Source: the human T2T-CHM13v2.0 reference genome, Homo sapiens
Length of the DNA: 64,000 nt
Assembly (NCBI RefSeq): GCF_009914755.1
Contig: NC_060938.1
Reading direction: 5' to 3' (one strand)
In this document: positions 50,071-63,665 of the stretch, in pieces
Position numbering within the stretch: position 1 is the first letter of the stretch
How the letters are laid out: each line of letters begins with the position of its first letter
Program-made: the position numbers and the translations under genes
The notes under the pieces: model-generated
The model's database searches: none
What the model was told of the DNA's origin: nothing
Seen by the model: only the letters and a program-made list of their open reading frames with translations

Positions 50071-51658
50071 TAATTTTTTTGTAGAGACGGGATCTGGCTT
50101 TGTTGCCCAGGCCGTTCTTGAACTCCTGGCCTCAAATGCTCCTCTTGCCTGGGCCTCGCAAAGTACTGGGATTACAGACTTGAGCCGCTGCTAACTCTGG
50201 CTCTATTTTATTCAATCCTAGGAAACTTTCATGAGATATAGCTAATTACAATCACTTATGCAGAGACAGAATCTATCATAATAGATGCTTCTATAAATAG
50301 TTCTAAATTGAGGACCAAAGAGGGGAAAGAGCATTAAAGAGAGAAGGACCAACCACAGTCTGACCCAAAAATATTTTTCCAAGAGAAGAACCTAAGCCAT
50401 GGTCAGATAAGTTATCTGATTATTTTTCTCCATTGTGATACTCATAATATCATTTAAAATTATTATCAGTTTCTTTGCTACAAGCCTAACTGCAAAATTA
50501 TTTAGAATAGTTAAGTGATAAGCACATAGTATAGGAAGGGCTCATTAAATGTTTGTGGTATCTTCTTTACCTTTAAAGATAAATGCTTGAATTAAAAGGA
50601 TAAGCATGAATTTGGCCTTCTTTATTTTTGCTGTAAATTTACAACATAGGAAAAGCATGTGAGTATGAATGATACTAAAGTATTTATAATAAAGCTTATT
50701 AATTTTCTGTTCTTTAATCTACATATGATCATGCATAATAATGAATATCTTTAGGTGTGGAGGGCAGAGAATAGAGAACCAACCTAGGAAATTTATAGAG
50801 GCTGTTAAAGAAGACATCAACACAATCAATGCATAGATAATATTATTCAAATACATCATCAAAGGAAACTTGTCTGAGTTTCAAAAAAAAAATCTAAAGA
50901 TACACAAAGTGCTCCCTGGATTCTAAGTGACACCCACTAAAAATAATTTTAATTACAAGGGTAAAGGGAAAAAAAAACTATCAGTATCTGGCAAAAACAT
51001 GAGTTATTCTCAAAGGAAAGAAATCATTGCTTTCTCATTTTTTCTAGGACAAGAAAAATATCTTTTTAAACCCATATTCTTAACAAAGCAGTTCAGATGA
51101 AATATCTTTTTGTTTTTGGTGACCACTATGAAAACAAGCAAATGAAGAGAAAACCTGAACTTGCTAATGGTGTAAACCTTTAACAGGTAGGGACTCTGGG
51201 CAAAGATTATTTTAACTAAACAAATCAACATAAAGGCCATTATTGCCAGCTAACATGTTCAGTAATTGCAAGCATCTTTAAGAAAATTCACATTGAACAA
51301 AACCAGGAGGGTTTTCTTTTGATTTTTGCTTTTTTTTTAATTTTTTTTTTTTCTGAGACCGAGTCTCACTGTGTCACCCAGGCTGGAGTGCAGTGGCGCG
51401 ATCTTGGCTCACTGCAAGCTCCGCCTCCCAGGCTCATGCCATTTTCCTGCTTCAGCCTCCTGAGTAGCTGGGACTACAGGCACCCGCCACCACGCCTGGC
51501 TAATTTTTTGTATTTTTAGCAGAGACAGGGTTTGACCATGTTAGCCAGGATGGTCTCGATCTCCTGACCTCGTGATCCGCCCACCTCGGCCTCCCAAAGT
51601 GCTGGGATTACAGGCATGAGCCACCATGCCCAGCCTTTTTTTTTTTTTTTTAAAATTA

Positions 51659-51763
<105 letters not shown>

Positions 51764-51792
51764 CTAACCAACATGGTGAAACCCTGTCTCTA

Positions 51793-51984
<192 letters not shown>

Positions 51985-52147
51985 CTATATTCAAATGCAA
52001 AGGAAAGAGGGAAAGACTTTTAAAAAGAAAAAAAAAGACCAACATATAATAAATTACGAATGTCATATGGCAGCAAGCTCTTCATGTTACTTTCCTTTCC
52101 ATTTAGACCCAGTTAATGTATCTATATTACGTATGTTTAATGTGTAT

Positions 52148-52182
<35 letters not shown>

Positions 52183-52809
52183 ATAAAAGATTAAGAAGTA
52201 TGCCTAAATTTTAAGTGGTATGATTTATATTTTTTTCATACTTTTATTTTCTAAATTTTCCAGTTATTACTCTTAGAAAGTTAGAAAGTTAGAGACCAAA
52301 AAAACCAATTCCCTTATAATTATATATATATAATGATTCCCCAAAGCCTCTTATTTTGAGTTCTTTCTTTGTATTCATTTTCAGGCAATATTTATTGAGT
52401 GTCTAGTCTGTGCCTGAAATGTATTTTATATGAACTTCTCTTATAACAAGATGTTCTTATGTCTTATTTATATTCTCATAGTCTCCCCTGAACCTGATTA
52501 TAAACAGCATTTTTCTTTTTCTTGTTTTTTCTTTTTCAATCATTTGTTGAATATCACCCATGTGTTGGTCACTCTTTTAGGAAGGCATTAAAAAGAAATG
52601 TGACAGAAAGTTAGCACTGTCCCTATTGCAGGGGAGAGATAAGCATGTAAATACCAAAACCGGGCCAAGAAGCTTGATATAGAAATGTGCACCATGCTAC
52701 CCCACTCAAAGGAGAGAAAGAACTAACTATCAGAGAGAACTGGGGAGAAACTTTTCTACAGAGGTGACATTTCAACTAGGCCTTGAATGACAGGTCAAAT
52801 GATCTTAGA

Positions 52810-53272
52810 TGAAAAGGGAGGAGGGGGCTGGTGAGAAGGAAGAGGCTGGCAGGGGAGGAGGAGGCTGGCAGAAGAGGGGGAGACTGGCAGGGAAGAGGGG
52901 GGTGGCAGGACAGAAGGTTGGCAGGGAGGAGGAAGCTGACAGGAGAGGAGGAGGTTGGTAGGGAGAAAGAGGCTGGCAGGAAGGAGGAGGCTTGCAGGGA
53001 GCAGGAGGCTGGCAGGAGAGGAGGAGGTTGGCAGGGAGAAAGAGGCTGGCAGGAAGGAGGAGACTTGCAGGGAGGAGGAGGCTGGCAGGAGAGGAGGAGG
53101 TTGGCAGGGAGGAGGAGGCTGGCAGGAGAGGAGGAGGTTGGCAGGGAGGAGGAGGCTGGCAGGAGAGGAGGCGGCCGATGGGGGAGGAGGAGGCTGGCAG
53201 AGAGAAAGAGGCTGGGCAGGGAGGAGGAGGTTGGCAGGGAGGAGGCGGCTTGCAGATGAGAAGGCTGGCAGG
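52810..53272. repeat. Purine/G-rich degenerate minisatellite (about 18-21 bp units, GGCAGG(A)GAGGAGGAGG(C/T)T)
   Basis: Direct reading; roughly twenty imperfect units. Confidence 0.93.
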
Positions 53273-53750
53273 CAAGCGCTGCGGGCGACCGTGGGTGGTG
53301 GGCGGGTTTTCCCCTCAGGCAGGTGCAGGTCCTAAGGGGGCGGGCCCCGTTGGGTGCTCATGACGCAAAGGTCCCTAGGATTTGCTCCTCACAGCGGGAG
53401 CGCCCTCGAGAGGAACCGCGTCTGCGCCTCCCGAGACGGACCACTCGGGCGCCTCCGCCCCGCGCCCTGCCTCGGGGGCCGCCCCGCGCAGTGAGCTCAG
53501 CGTGGAGGCGGCAGCGCCCTCGCCCTTCCGCGCCCTCCCAGCGCGGTCTCTCCTCGTCCGCGCGCCCCGCTCCCCAGGCGTTTCTGGGATGCTGGTTGGC
53601 CGGGCACTTACGTGTTTCAAAGCGGGTGACAGCCGCCGCTCGGGTGTACTGTTCGCTCTCTCCCGCCAGGATCCGAGTTCTTGTTCCCCGACAACTCGTG
53701 GGAGTGCCCGCTCCAGCGTGGTTTCTCCTTCTCCGGGAACGGCCCCAGTG
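53273..53750. promoter_or_regulatory. CpG island / promoter-like region
   Basis: Dense CpG in non-TE sequence, GC boxes (GGGGCGGG about 53337; CCGCCC), CRE-like TGACGCAA about 53361, minus-strand donor GTAAGT at 53611-53606. Confidence 0.85.
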
Positions 53751-54576
53751 AGCAGAAGAGCTGGGTCTGGATTGCATGGCTCTGTCTCCCAGCCATGGTT
53801 GACTAATTTAGGGACACTCATGGCTCTGGACTCCTGCAGCCAGCCAGACGCCTGTCTTTGGATTTTTGACTTGGATGAGAGCCCTGTAGCTGGAGGTTGT
53901 GGTTGAGAGGGGAGTTTAGTCACATGATGGCAGTGCCTACAGAGATCTGGGTAGGAGGTTCTGCTGCTGTGGCCCCCTCGGTGATGCTGTGCTCAGAGGC
54001 CCCTGAGGGTGATGTGAGATGGGGAGGGAGCTGAGGGATGTAGGTAGTCAGTGACTGCTGAAAGAAGAGGAATGTTAGCATTTCTGGGTTAGGTGGTTGC
54101 TTCTGATGGCACTGAGACAGGCAAATCCCCAAATTACTGATCTAGACAAAATGGTCTTAGTCAGAACGATTTTGTGACTCTTCTGAATGAAGCTCTCATT
54201 GCCCGTGGCCAAACGCTGAGATGAAAATGCAGTTCAGAACCGATTTTGTGGATTTCTTAAGTCGAATACCAGTTGAGCTCACAGCTCAAGCAGATTTCTT
54301 TGATGAACATCAAAGTTGCAGATTGTGTTTCCAAAGATGACTACAACAATCCCCCCCAAACGACAGGATTTTTTGCAATGTCCCCTTGCCAGTCAAAAGA
54401 GGGGGAGTCTACTTCTCCTTCCTTTGAACCTGGGCTGTCCCTGCAACCACCTTGATAGTAGAATGAGGCAGAGGTGACATTCCGGGGGCAGCCAAGACCA
54501 GGCATTAAGGAGACTCCAGCAGCTCCCGTTTTTGTGTTCTGGTGGAAGCACATCGCCATAGAAGTCTCCTTACCGC

Positions 54577-55180
54577 TGAGGCAGGAGAATAGGGTCTGGA
54601 GGCAGGGAACTTAAGCCCAATTCATGCCGACTTCCTAAAGCTGAATCAAGGGAAAACACCAAGGTCTGGGGGCAGGACTCTGAGGCCAATTCACGATAAT
54701 TTCCCAAAGCTGGACCAAAAGGGGAGCACCTGTGTCTGGGGCAGGGAACCAAAGGACAATTAATGCCAACTTCCTAAAGCTAAACCAAAAGAGAAAACCC
54801 CAGCTCCCCACGCCCAGTAACAAAGGATCAAAGGCCACTCTCCCTACAGCCCTCCGGCTTCCACCACAGCTCAGATGGAAAGGGAGAGTGCCCTGGATTG
54901 GCCGCGGGCCGAGCAGGGGCCATGCCTTCATCTGCCTAGGGCTCTAATTCACCCCAGCCTGTAATTAGCCACGGACCAAATCCTTCATCCAGATCAGGGG
55001 TAACTGATAGGAATCTCCAAAGGAGGGCTTAAAACCCAGAAAACTTTGTAACTGGGCCCTTAAGCTGTGTGCTTGGGCCCACTCCCACCCTGTGGAGTAC
55101 TTTCTTGCTTTAATAAATATCTGCTTTCATTGCTTCCTTCCTGTATTTCATTCCTTTGTTACTTTGTGCATTTCGTTCGA
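54577..55180 (+). mobile_element. ERV1 LTR (MER61-like), 3' end replaced by an Alu
   Basis: TGAGGCAGGAGAATAGGGTCTGGAGGCAGGGAAC start; AATAAA near 55112. Confidence 0.75.
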
Positions 55181-55187
55181 GCAATGA

Positions 55188-55526
<339 letters not shown>

Positions 55527-56697
55527 TGATTTGATTTGGGTGATAAACTACAAGCAGATGTGTTGTACAGCTGCCCAAGTGGCCCCTGCTCTTTGGCCTG
55601 TGTCCTAGAATGAGAGACATATGGAGCCACCACAGCTGATCGGCTGAACAGTGGGCAAGAAATGTTTATTGTTATAAGCAACTGAGAGTGAGATCTGAGG
55701 GTTGTTACTGCTATAAAAACTGAGTAATAAGCCTGGCCAACCAAGTATCACCTGAATTCTTCCTACAGTGAAATCTTTGCCATTTCCTAATGTGCTACCC
55801 TTGCAGCCGAAACCTCAAAATCCTTCCTGTGTCCCACTGTTTGTCAAGTGGTAGATTCTAAATCAAAATAAACTGAAAGGTGTTAGGCATCAGAATAGAA
55901 AAGAGCTACATTGTAGAATTGCAGTTTATAGAAATGTGTTCACTGTATTGCCTAAAGTCTGGGGAAATTTTTACAGGCCAAGTTTGTAAGAATTCCTGGA
56001 GCCCAGGAAGTTGAGGCTGCAGTAAGCTGTGATCATGCCCCTGCACTCCAGTCTGGGCAACAGAGTGAGACATTGCATTGAACAAAACGCACAAAGTAAC
56101 AAAGAAATGAAATACGGGAAGGAAGCAATGAAAGCAGATATTTATTAAAGCAAGAAAGCACTCCACAGGGTGGGAGTGGGCCCAAGCACACAGTTTGTAA
56201 CTGGCCCAAGCCCGGTACAAAGTCTTCTGAGTTTTACACAGAAACTCTCTGCGCTGTCTTCACAACTTTTCTGTAAATCTTAAACTATTCTAACATTTTT
56301 AAAAGTTTATTAAGAGAAAAAACCCAGGCTTTAGATTCTGGAGCCTATACTTTTAACCACTGTGCTATACTCTATCTCTAGACCCCTGGTCCAAGGGAAG
56401 CTCGGAGGAGTTGACAAACACTTGTTTCCTAGGTCCCCAGAATGGTCCTCATTCCTGCCCATGACAAAAACTGATTGTTTAGACTTTGCTTTGTTTATCT
56501 GACATTCTGTAGTGTTTGTTCAGTGCATCTCCCTTGTTATTTTAATTAGACAAAAATCTATTACTTACGACCTAAAAACATCAGCAGGGGCAGCAGCATC
56601 AATTACACCCAACACTTAACACACTCACTGTAAATGGGTCCTGTTCTAAACATTTTACACGTATTCATTCATTTGATCCTCCTGAGAACGCTGTTAG

Positions 56698-59175
56698 TGA
56701 TAGGGACAGGAGGCAGAGAAATTCTAAGCAGAAAAGGGCAGAGTCCCTGGAGAAGCCCCACCCTCAAGCTTGGAACCATGGCCTAAAGTGAGATTCTTGT
56801 TTTCCCGCTCAAATATTGCCTTTTCCAAAACCACACATGGCCTGCCACACCCCCAATCCTGTACCCATTAAAAACCCCTTACCGTACTGGCAGAGAGCAG
56901 AGAAGGGGAGAAGAGGAGAAGCAGCTGGACGTTGGAGACTGTGGTCTGATGTCAGAGACAAGCAGCTTGACTTCAGAGGGATGGTTTTGAGAGGTGACAA
57001 CGTGCTGGTGGCCCTCACTCGCTCTCAGCGCCTCCTCGGCCTTGGCATCCGCTCTGGCCACGCTTGAGGAGCCCTTCAGCCCACTGCTACACTGTGGGAG
57101 CCCCTCTCTGGGCTGGCCAAGGCTGGAGCCGGCTCCCTCTGCTTGAGAGGAAGTGTGGAGGGAGAGGCGCGGGTGGGAACCGGGGTTGGGCGGGAACCGG
57201 GGCTGTGCAAGGCGCTCACCGGCCAGCGCGAGTTCCAGGTAGGCATGGGCTTAGCGGGTCCCGCACTCGGAGCGGCTGGCCTGGGACAGTGAGAGGCTTA
57301 GCACCCGGGCCAGCAGCTGCGGAGGGGGTGCCGGGTCCTCCAGCACTGCCAGCCCACCCACGCCGCGCTTGAATTCTCGCAGGGCCTCAGCCGCCTCCTG
57401 GCAGGGCAGGGCTCAGGACCTGCATCCTGCCATGCCCAAGCCCCGCCCCCCCCCCCCCCCCGCCCCATGGTGGGCTCCGGCACAGCCTGAGCCTCCCTGA
57501 GGGGCACCACCCTGTGCTCCATGGCGCCCGGTTCCATGGACCGCCCAAGGGCTGAGGAGTGCAGGCCAGCGGTGCGGGACTGGCGGGCAGCTCCGCCCGC
57601 GGCCCTGGCGTGGGATCCACTAGGCGAAGCCAGCTGGGCTCCTGAGTTGGGTGGGGACTTGGAGAACTTTTATGTCTAGCAGCAGGATTGTATATGCACC
57701 AATCAGCACTCTGTGTCTAGCTCGGGGTTCCTGCATGCACCAATCAGCACTCTGTATCTAGCTAATCTGGTGGGGACTTGGAGAACCTTTATGTCTAGCT
57801 AAAGGATTGTAAATACACCAATCAGCACTCTGTGTCTAGCTCAAGGTTTGTAAACGCACCAATCAGCACCCTGTGTCTAGCTCAAGGTTTGTAAACACAC
57901 CAATCAGTGCTCTGTGTCTAGTTAATCTAGTGGGGACTTGGAGAACTTTTACGTCTAGCTAGAGGATTGTAAATACACCAATCAGCACTCTGTGTCTAGC
58001 TCCGGGATTGTAAACGCACCAATCAGCACCCTGTCAAAACGGACCAATCAGCTCTCTGTAAAATGGACCAATCAGCTCTCTGTAAAATGGGCCAATCAGC
58101 AAGATGTGGGTGGGGTGAGATAAGGAAATAAAAGCAGGGTGTCCAAGCCAGCAGCGGCAAGCTGCTCTGGTCTCCTTCCATGCTGTAGAAGCTTTGTTCT
58201 TTTGGGGTTCACAAGAACTCTTGCTGCTGCTCACTCTTTGGGTTCTACACTGCCTTTATGAACTGTAACACTCACGGTGAAGGTCTACAGCTTCACTCCT
58301 GAAGCCAGTGAGACCCCTAACCCAGCGGGAGGGACGAACAACTCCAGATAGAAGAAACAAACAACTCCAGACACGCTGCCTTTAAGAGCTGTAACACTGA
58401 CTGCAAAGGTCTGCAGCTTCACTCCTGAAGCCAGTGAGACCACGAACCCACCAGAAGGAAGAAATTCTGGACACGTCTGAACATCAGAATGAAAAAACTG
58501 TGGACACACCATCTTTAAGAACTGTAACACTCACGGCGAGGGTCCATGGTTTCATTCTTGAAGTCAGCGAGACCAAGAACCCACCATTTCCAGACATAGT
58601 TTGACGGTGTTGCTTCAGAGAGGAGTCTGGCCAGGGATGACCAGACTCCAGGGGAAGATCACCTTTGTGCTCCAGTCCCCTTCCAACTCCCCTTCCTGCC
58701 GAGAGCCACTTCCATCAGCAATAAAATCCTCCACATTCACCACCCTTCAATTTGTTCATGCAAACTGATTTTTCCTGGAAACTAAACAAGAGCTTGTGTA
58801 CCAGGGGTGTGGACACTAAAGGCTGTCATACTGACCCTCTGCCCTCGCTGGCAAAGAGCAACTGCCTCCAACAAAAAGGCAGAGAGCCCACTGAGCTGTT
58901 TACCACCTAAGCCATCCATGGACAGCAGAGTTAAAAGAGCACTGTAACACATGCCCTCTGGGGCTTTGGGGATCGTGGATACTCCTCCCTACATGCTGTC
59001 TTGGGGCCTATGTGGAGTTTTGCTCCTGCTGCCACCCAAAAGTGCTCACTCTGGCTCCTACACCCGCTCACCTGCATGCTCCCCCTCTCATGAGGGGTTG
59101 AGAGCTGCAGGCTGAATAAGCGAGGCATCCGTGTCACGAGGCCTGTTAAGGGGTCAAGGAAAATTTCCTGTTTCA
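56698..59175 (+). mobile_element. ERV1 solo LTR (LTR1-like) inserted in a MIR and interrupted by an LTR12
   Basis: TGATAGGGACAGGAGGCAG...CCTGTTTCA with TSD TTAG; MIR sequence on both flanks. Confidence 0.8.
56988..58598 (+). mobile_element. LTR12C/D-type ERV9 solo LTR
   Basis: TGAGAGGTGACAACGTGCTGG start, GC-rich U3, about ten CCAATCAG repeats, AATAAAA TATA-like box 58127-58133, TSD GTTT (56984-56987 / 58599-58602). Confidence 0.96.
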
Positions 59176-59969
59176 TTAGGTAGGTGTTACTGTCTTCCCA
59201 TTTTACAGGTGAAGCAACTCATGCACGAATAAATTAACTTCCCAAGGTTACTTATCTAGTAAATGGCAAACCCAGGAGATCTGGCTCTGGAGTCTGATTC
59301 TCTTGCCTACCTGCCGCACTGCCCTCTCTAAGGAATTTCAATGATAGATCTCAGACCTGGATTGGATGCCTTCCTTTCCTTATGTTGTCAAAACTGTGCT
59401 CCCCTTCTGAGCTTTTCCAGGGAGCATGAGGCTCTGATCTCTGAATGTTATGGTCATCTTCTGACTATCTGGGGACATTTACTTTGAGAGCACACAGAGA
59501 TATAGCTTTTGGAATTCTCCATGCTGCATGTAGGTTTATAAACCAATACCCTGCTCAGACACCGCGTTCTTCTAACACCCTAATGATGGGGTCACATTTC
59601 TCTCTTTAGGTACTACAATCTGGTTTTGAAGTTGCCCAAAGAAACTTGAATGGCTTCCTCTTTCATTCCCACAAGGCTCTGAAAACACTGCTGCTGATCC
59701 GCTGTCTTCACTCCTATCTCACCCTGGCATAACTGCACTCTACTCAAACTCTATCTGGAAGGAGCAGAGCTCAGGGGTTCTGACCCCACAGAATGGGCTC
59801 CAGGCACTAAGAGCTGAACAACACAGAACACCTGTTCCATGTCGAGTTGGTTATCATTTTATACTTTTCTAAAAACCTCAAGGAAGATCTTCAACATAAG
59901 CCCTGGCATAAGACATTTTCTATGTATTCAAAATAAGAAAAGGAAATGGTGAATATATTGACAAGTAGC

Positions 59970-60094
59970 AATTTGAATTATAATGACAATTCTTTAGGAT
60001 TTTATGTAGCTTGCATATTTAACATTTAAATATATTGTTCTAGGAATTGGCTGATAAAACTAGAAAATAAAGAGAAATTATGATCACCATGTGT
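59970..60094 (-). other. CATSPERB: CATSPERB 3' UTR (end approximate)
   Basis: AT-rich sequence after the stop codon; only variant poly(A) signals seen. Confidence 0.55.
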
Positions 60095-60313
60095 TCACTC
60101 TTCAGACTTTGATCTATGAATCAGCTCACTGAGAGAGATACTTGAAAACTTCTCTTGGTTTCTTCTAATCCATCTTTGGAATGTCCTCCACGGATGGATG
60201 CCTTGCAGTTGAAACATAAATGCTATAAAAATTAATCCCCCTAGCACTACCGCTGTTGCCACGGCAATAAGCGTGTGTCCTGGGAATGGCAATGGTGCCT
60301 CATCAACATAAAT
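60095..60313 (-). CDS. CATSPERB: CATSPERB terminal coding exon (C-terminal TM helix and cytoplasmic tail)
   Basis: Acceptor ctttgctttttctgttgcag (AG at 60315-60314), phase 0, 72 codons IYVDEAPLPFPGHTLIAVATAVVLGGLIFIAFMFQLQGIHPW...RSKSEE then TGA; matches the recalled CATSPERB C-terminus. Upstream exons were not seen in the window. Confidence 0.93.
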   Translation of the reverse strand: MYVDEAPLPFPGHTLIAVATAVVLGGLIFIAFMFQLQGIHPWRTFQRWIRRNQEKFSSISLSELIHRSKSEE

Positions 60314-61620
60314 CTGCAACAGAAAAAGCAAAGTCTTTAAGCTTTCTGAATTTAGCAATGCAAAACACTGAAAATTTAATGTTCCCCACAATTAATCGGA
60401 GAGCAAAACGCTGCCCAGAGTTACAAAGACATTCAGCATCCACAAAGCTTGGAAACAGTCTCTTGACAGTTGAACAAGTAACAATTTGCCTACAATAAAT
60501 AGGGGCTAAGAAGTCCATGTATTATCCTATGCCTTTACCCTGTCTTTAATGGTGGAAGGAGGCAGATAAAATGCTTATACAGCAGAACATTCTCTGTTCA
60601 GTCTCAGAGGAATGGGCAAAGAGCTCTGGGAATGTGGAGGAGGGAATGCCTACCTGCCTAGGGCAGTCAGGGAATGCGCTTTCTGAGCTGGATCATGACG
60701 AATAAGTAGGTTCACAGAAGAGAAGGAGATAAAGGAACATTCCAGGTAGAGGCATATGTCTGTGCTCTTTCAAGTTACCACCTCTTTAGAAAATCCTCTT
60801 TGTAGGTGCTGCCAGTATAGGTAACTTTTTATGTATTCAAAATGTTTCCTCTGCATGAATAGCTAATTAACAGAAGCAAGTAAATTTCTGGAGGACAGAT
60901 AGGATTATTGACAGAGAGGGACAGTGATGTCTTTTTCTCTGAGATGTGAGGCAAGGGTGGGGTCATTGTATGTTAAATATAGAAGTGGGGCATAAAGAGA
61001 GTAGGGGGTTCAAGCCCAGGCTTATGTTTCCTTTGTGAAGCAGGAAGCCAGATCGTCTTTTGTGGGAGAAGAACGTGCTGATGAATGGAACTAGGACAGT
61101 AGGGAATGTGGGAAAGTGCAAAGGACAAGAAAAAGGATGACAGGCTGCTTTAAGGTCTAGCTCAAGTTAAAGGTACCACCATCCTCCCAGTGACCCAAGG
61201 AGGTAGCTGATTTCTTAGAAACAGTCCCTCCATGCTATACATTCTCTAAAATTCCCCTCACATTCATTCTTTCCATTCTTTCAGTACTGCTACTGTGATT
61301 ATTGTGCCACTTTTCATAAATAGGCTACTCTAGTAGCCTCCTTCCCAGCCCACCAGTCCGTGTTGACATCCTAACATTGCCAGATTTATCTTTGTATAAA
61401 ACACCAGTCTGTGTATAAACACCTTTTTCCAAAAATGTTTAATAGCTTTTCATTGTTGACAGGAATGTTGACAGGAATGTTGACAGGAGTGTTCTAAAGC
61501 TTTCACTCTGACATTCAAAGCCTTCCACAATTGGACCCTAACCTACCTGGCTTTCTTCTAAATAACCTTATATTCCAGCCAAATGGATTTGAGCTATTCA
61601 AAAAGCAAACTTTATGCTTT

Positions 61621-62235
61621 TGATTGTGACAGGAGGCAGTCAAATGCCTAGGCAGATAGGGGTGGGTCGCCGGTGAAACCTGACCTTCAAGCTGAAGGCA
61701 GTCCCAGGTAAATCCACATACCGAATTCAGAACCTGTCTTCCTGTTTGGCGTGCTTTCCTCTGACTGATCCCACCCTTCAACTGTTTTACATATACCTAC
61801 CCTTCCTAATTGGTTTTCTACACTGCTGTGCCCACCTTTGAGTGGTACCTTTGCTTTAGCCTTTCTTTGCTTACTCATAAGCCAGTCAGCACACTCTCCC
61901 CTATTCTGAGTGCATAAAGGCCCCACTCAGCCACACTGGCAAAGAAACCACCTGACTGCAGGGGTGAGGGACCACACCCTACGTCCCCTGTCTGCTGAGA
62001 GCTGTTCCATCACTCAGTAAAATTATTCTTTGCCCTCCTCACTCTTCAATTGTTAGTGTTTCCTCATTATACTTGGATGCAGGACAGGAACATGGGTACA
62101 CACTACAACATAGTTGGGACAAGTGGGCAGGGTGCCTCCAGTGGCAGGCTCAGGGCTGAGCAAGGCCCAGGTGGAGGATGTCACCAGCTGTGGAGGTCCC
62201 CGGTTGGCAAAGTGGCCAAGAAAAGTCCTGCATCA
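61621..62235 (+). mobile_element. ERV1 solo LTR (LTR9-like) in the last CATSPERB intron
   Basis: CAAATGCCTAGGCAGATAGGGG motif, TG..CA ends, TSD CTTT. Confidence 0.8.
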
Positions 62236-62458
62236 CTTTCCCATATCTGTACCTGGTCTCTCCATCCAGAATGCCTTCCTTGTTCATTTCTGCCTAATGA
62301 AATTTCAGTCACTCCACCAGATGATGTAAAAATTTCACTTGTGGCTGGGCACGGTGGCTCATGCCTGTAATCCCAGCACTTTGGGAGGCCAAGGCGGGCA
62401 GATCACGAGGTCAGGAGATTGAGACCATCCTGGCTAACATGGTGAAACCCCATCTCTA

Positions 62459-62723
<265 letters not shown>

Positions 62724-63401
62724 CTACCTCTAAAGTTCTGAAAAACACTTTTTCTTCAAATGTTTCCCTTCTAATCTTCTTCAACCATCCAAATATTCCA
62801 CACCATTTCTAAAAAACGTTAGACCTCAGAATTATGAGTCTGTTTTAGATACAATGTCTATTTACTCCTAAAATACTTTAATTTGTGTTTTTAAGCACAA
62901 AAATTCACTTAAATAACCACAGTGCAATGATCAAAGTCAAGAAATTAACATTAAGACAATACTATTCTGTAATTACAGATCTTACTCCTTTTTTTTTTCT
63001 TCAGTTATCCCCATAATGTATTTTGGGTGAAAGAAAATCCAAGCTTATGGGTTGTGTTTCATTGTTTCAGGATTCTCCTTTCTCCTCCCCTTTCTTTTCT
63101 TGACGGAGCTTCACTATGTTACCAGGCTGGAGTGCAGTGGTTATTCACTGGCATGTTAATACTGGACTGAGGCCTCAAACCCCTGGCCTCAGAGGATCCT
63201 CCCTCGGCCTCCCAAATAGCTGGGGTTACAGTCATGTGTCACCAGGTCTGGCTATTTCAGGGTACTTTCTTTTTTTTCCTTTTTTTTTGAGACAGAGTCT
63301 CACTCTGTCGCCCAGGCTGGATGAAGTGCAGTGGTGCGATCTTGGCTCACTGCAATCTCTGCCTCCTGGGTTCAAGCAATTCTCTTGCCTCAGCCTCCTG
63401 A

Positions 63402-63665
<264 letters not shown>

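Noticed and set aside
51047-51186. Plus-strand AG/GT-flanked segment
   Set aside because: Stops in the frame examined, no partner exons and no recognisable product.
52805-53923. ORFs of 120-180 aa across the VNTR and CpG island
   Set aside because: Open in several frames on both strands, as expected for GC-rich or repetitive DNA; no domain recognised.
60314-60391. N-terminal 26 aa of the 98-aa ORF
   Set aside because: Intronic read-through upstream of the CATSPERB splice acceptor.
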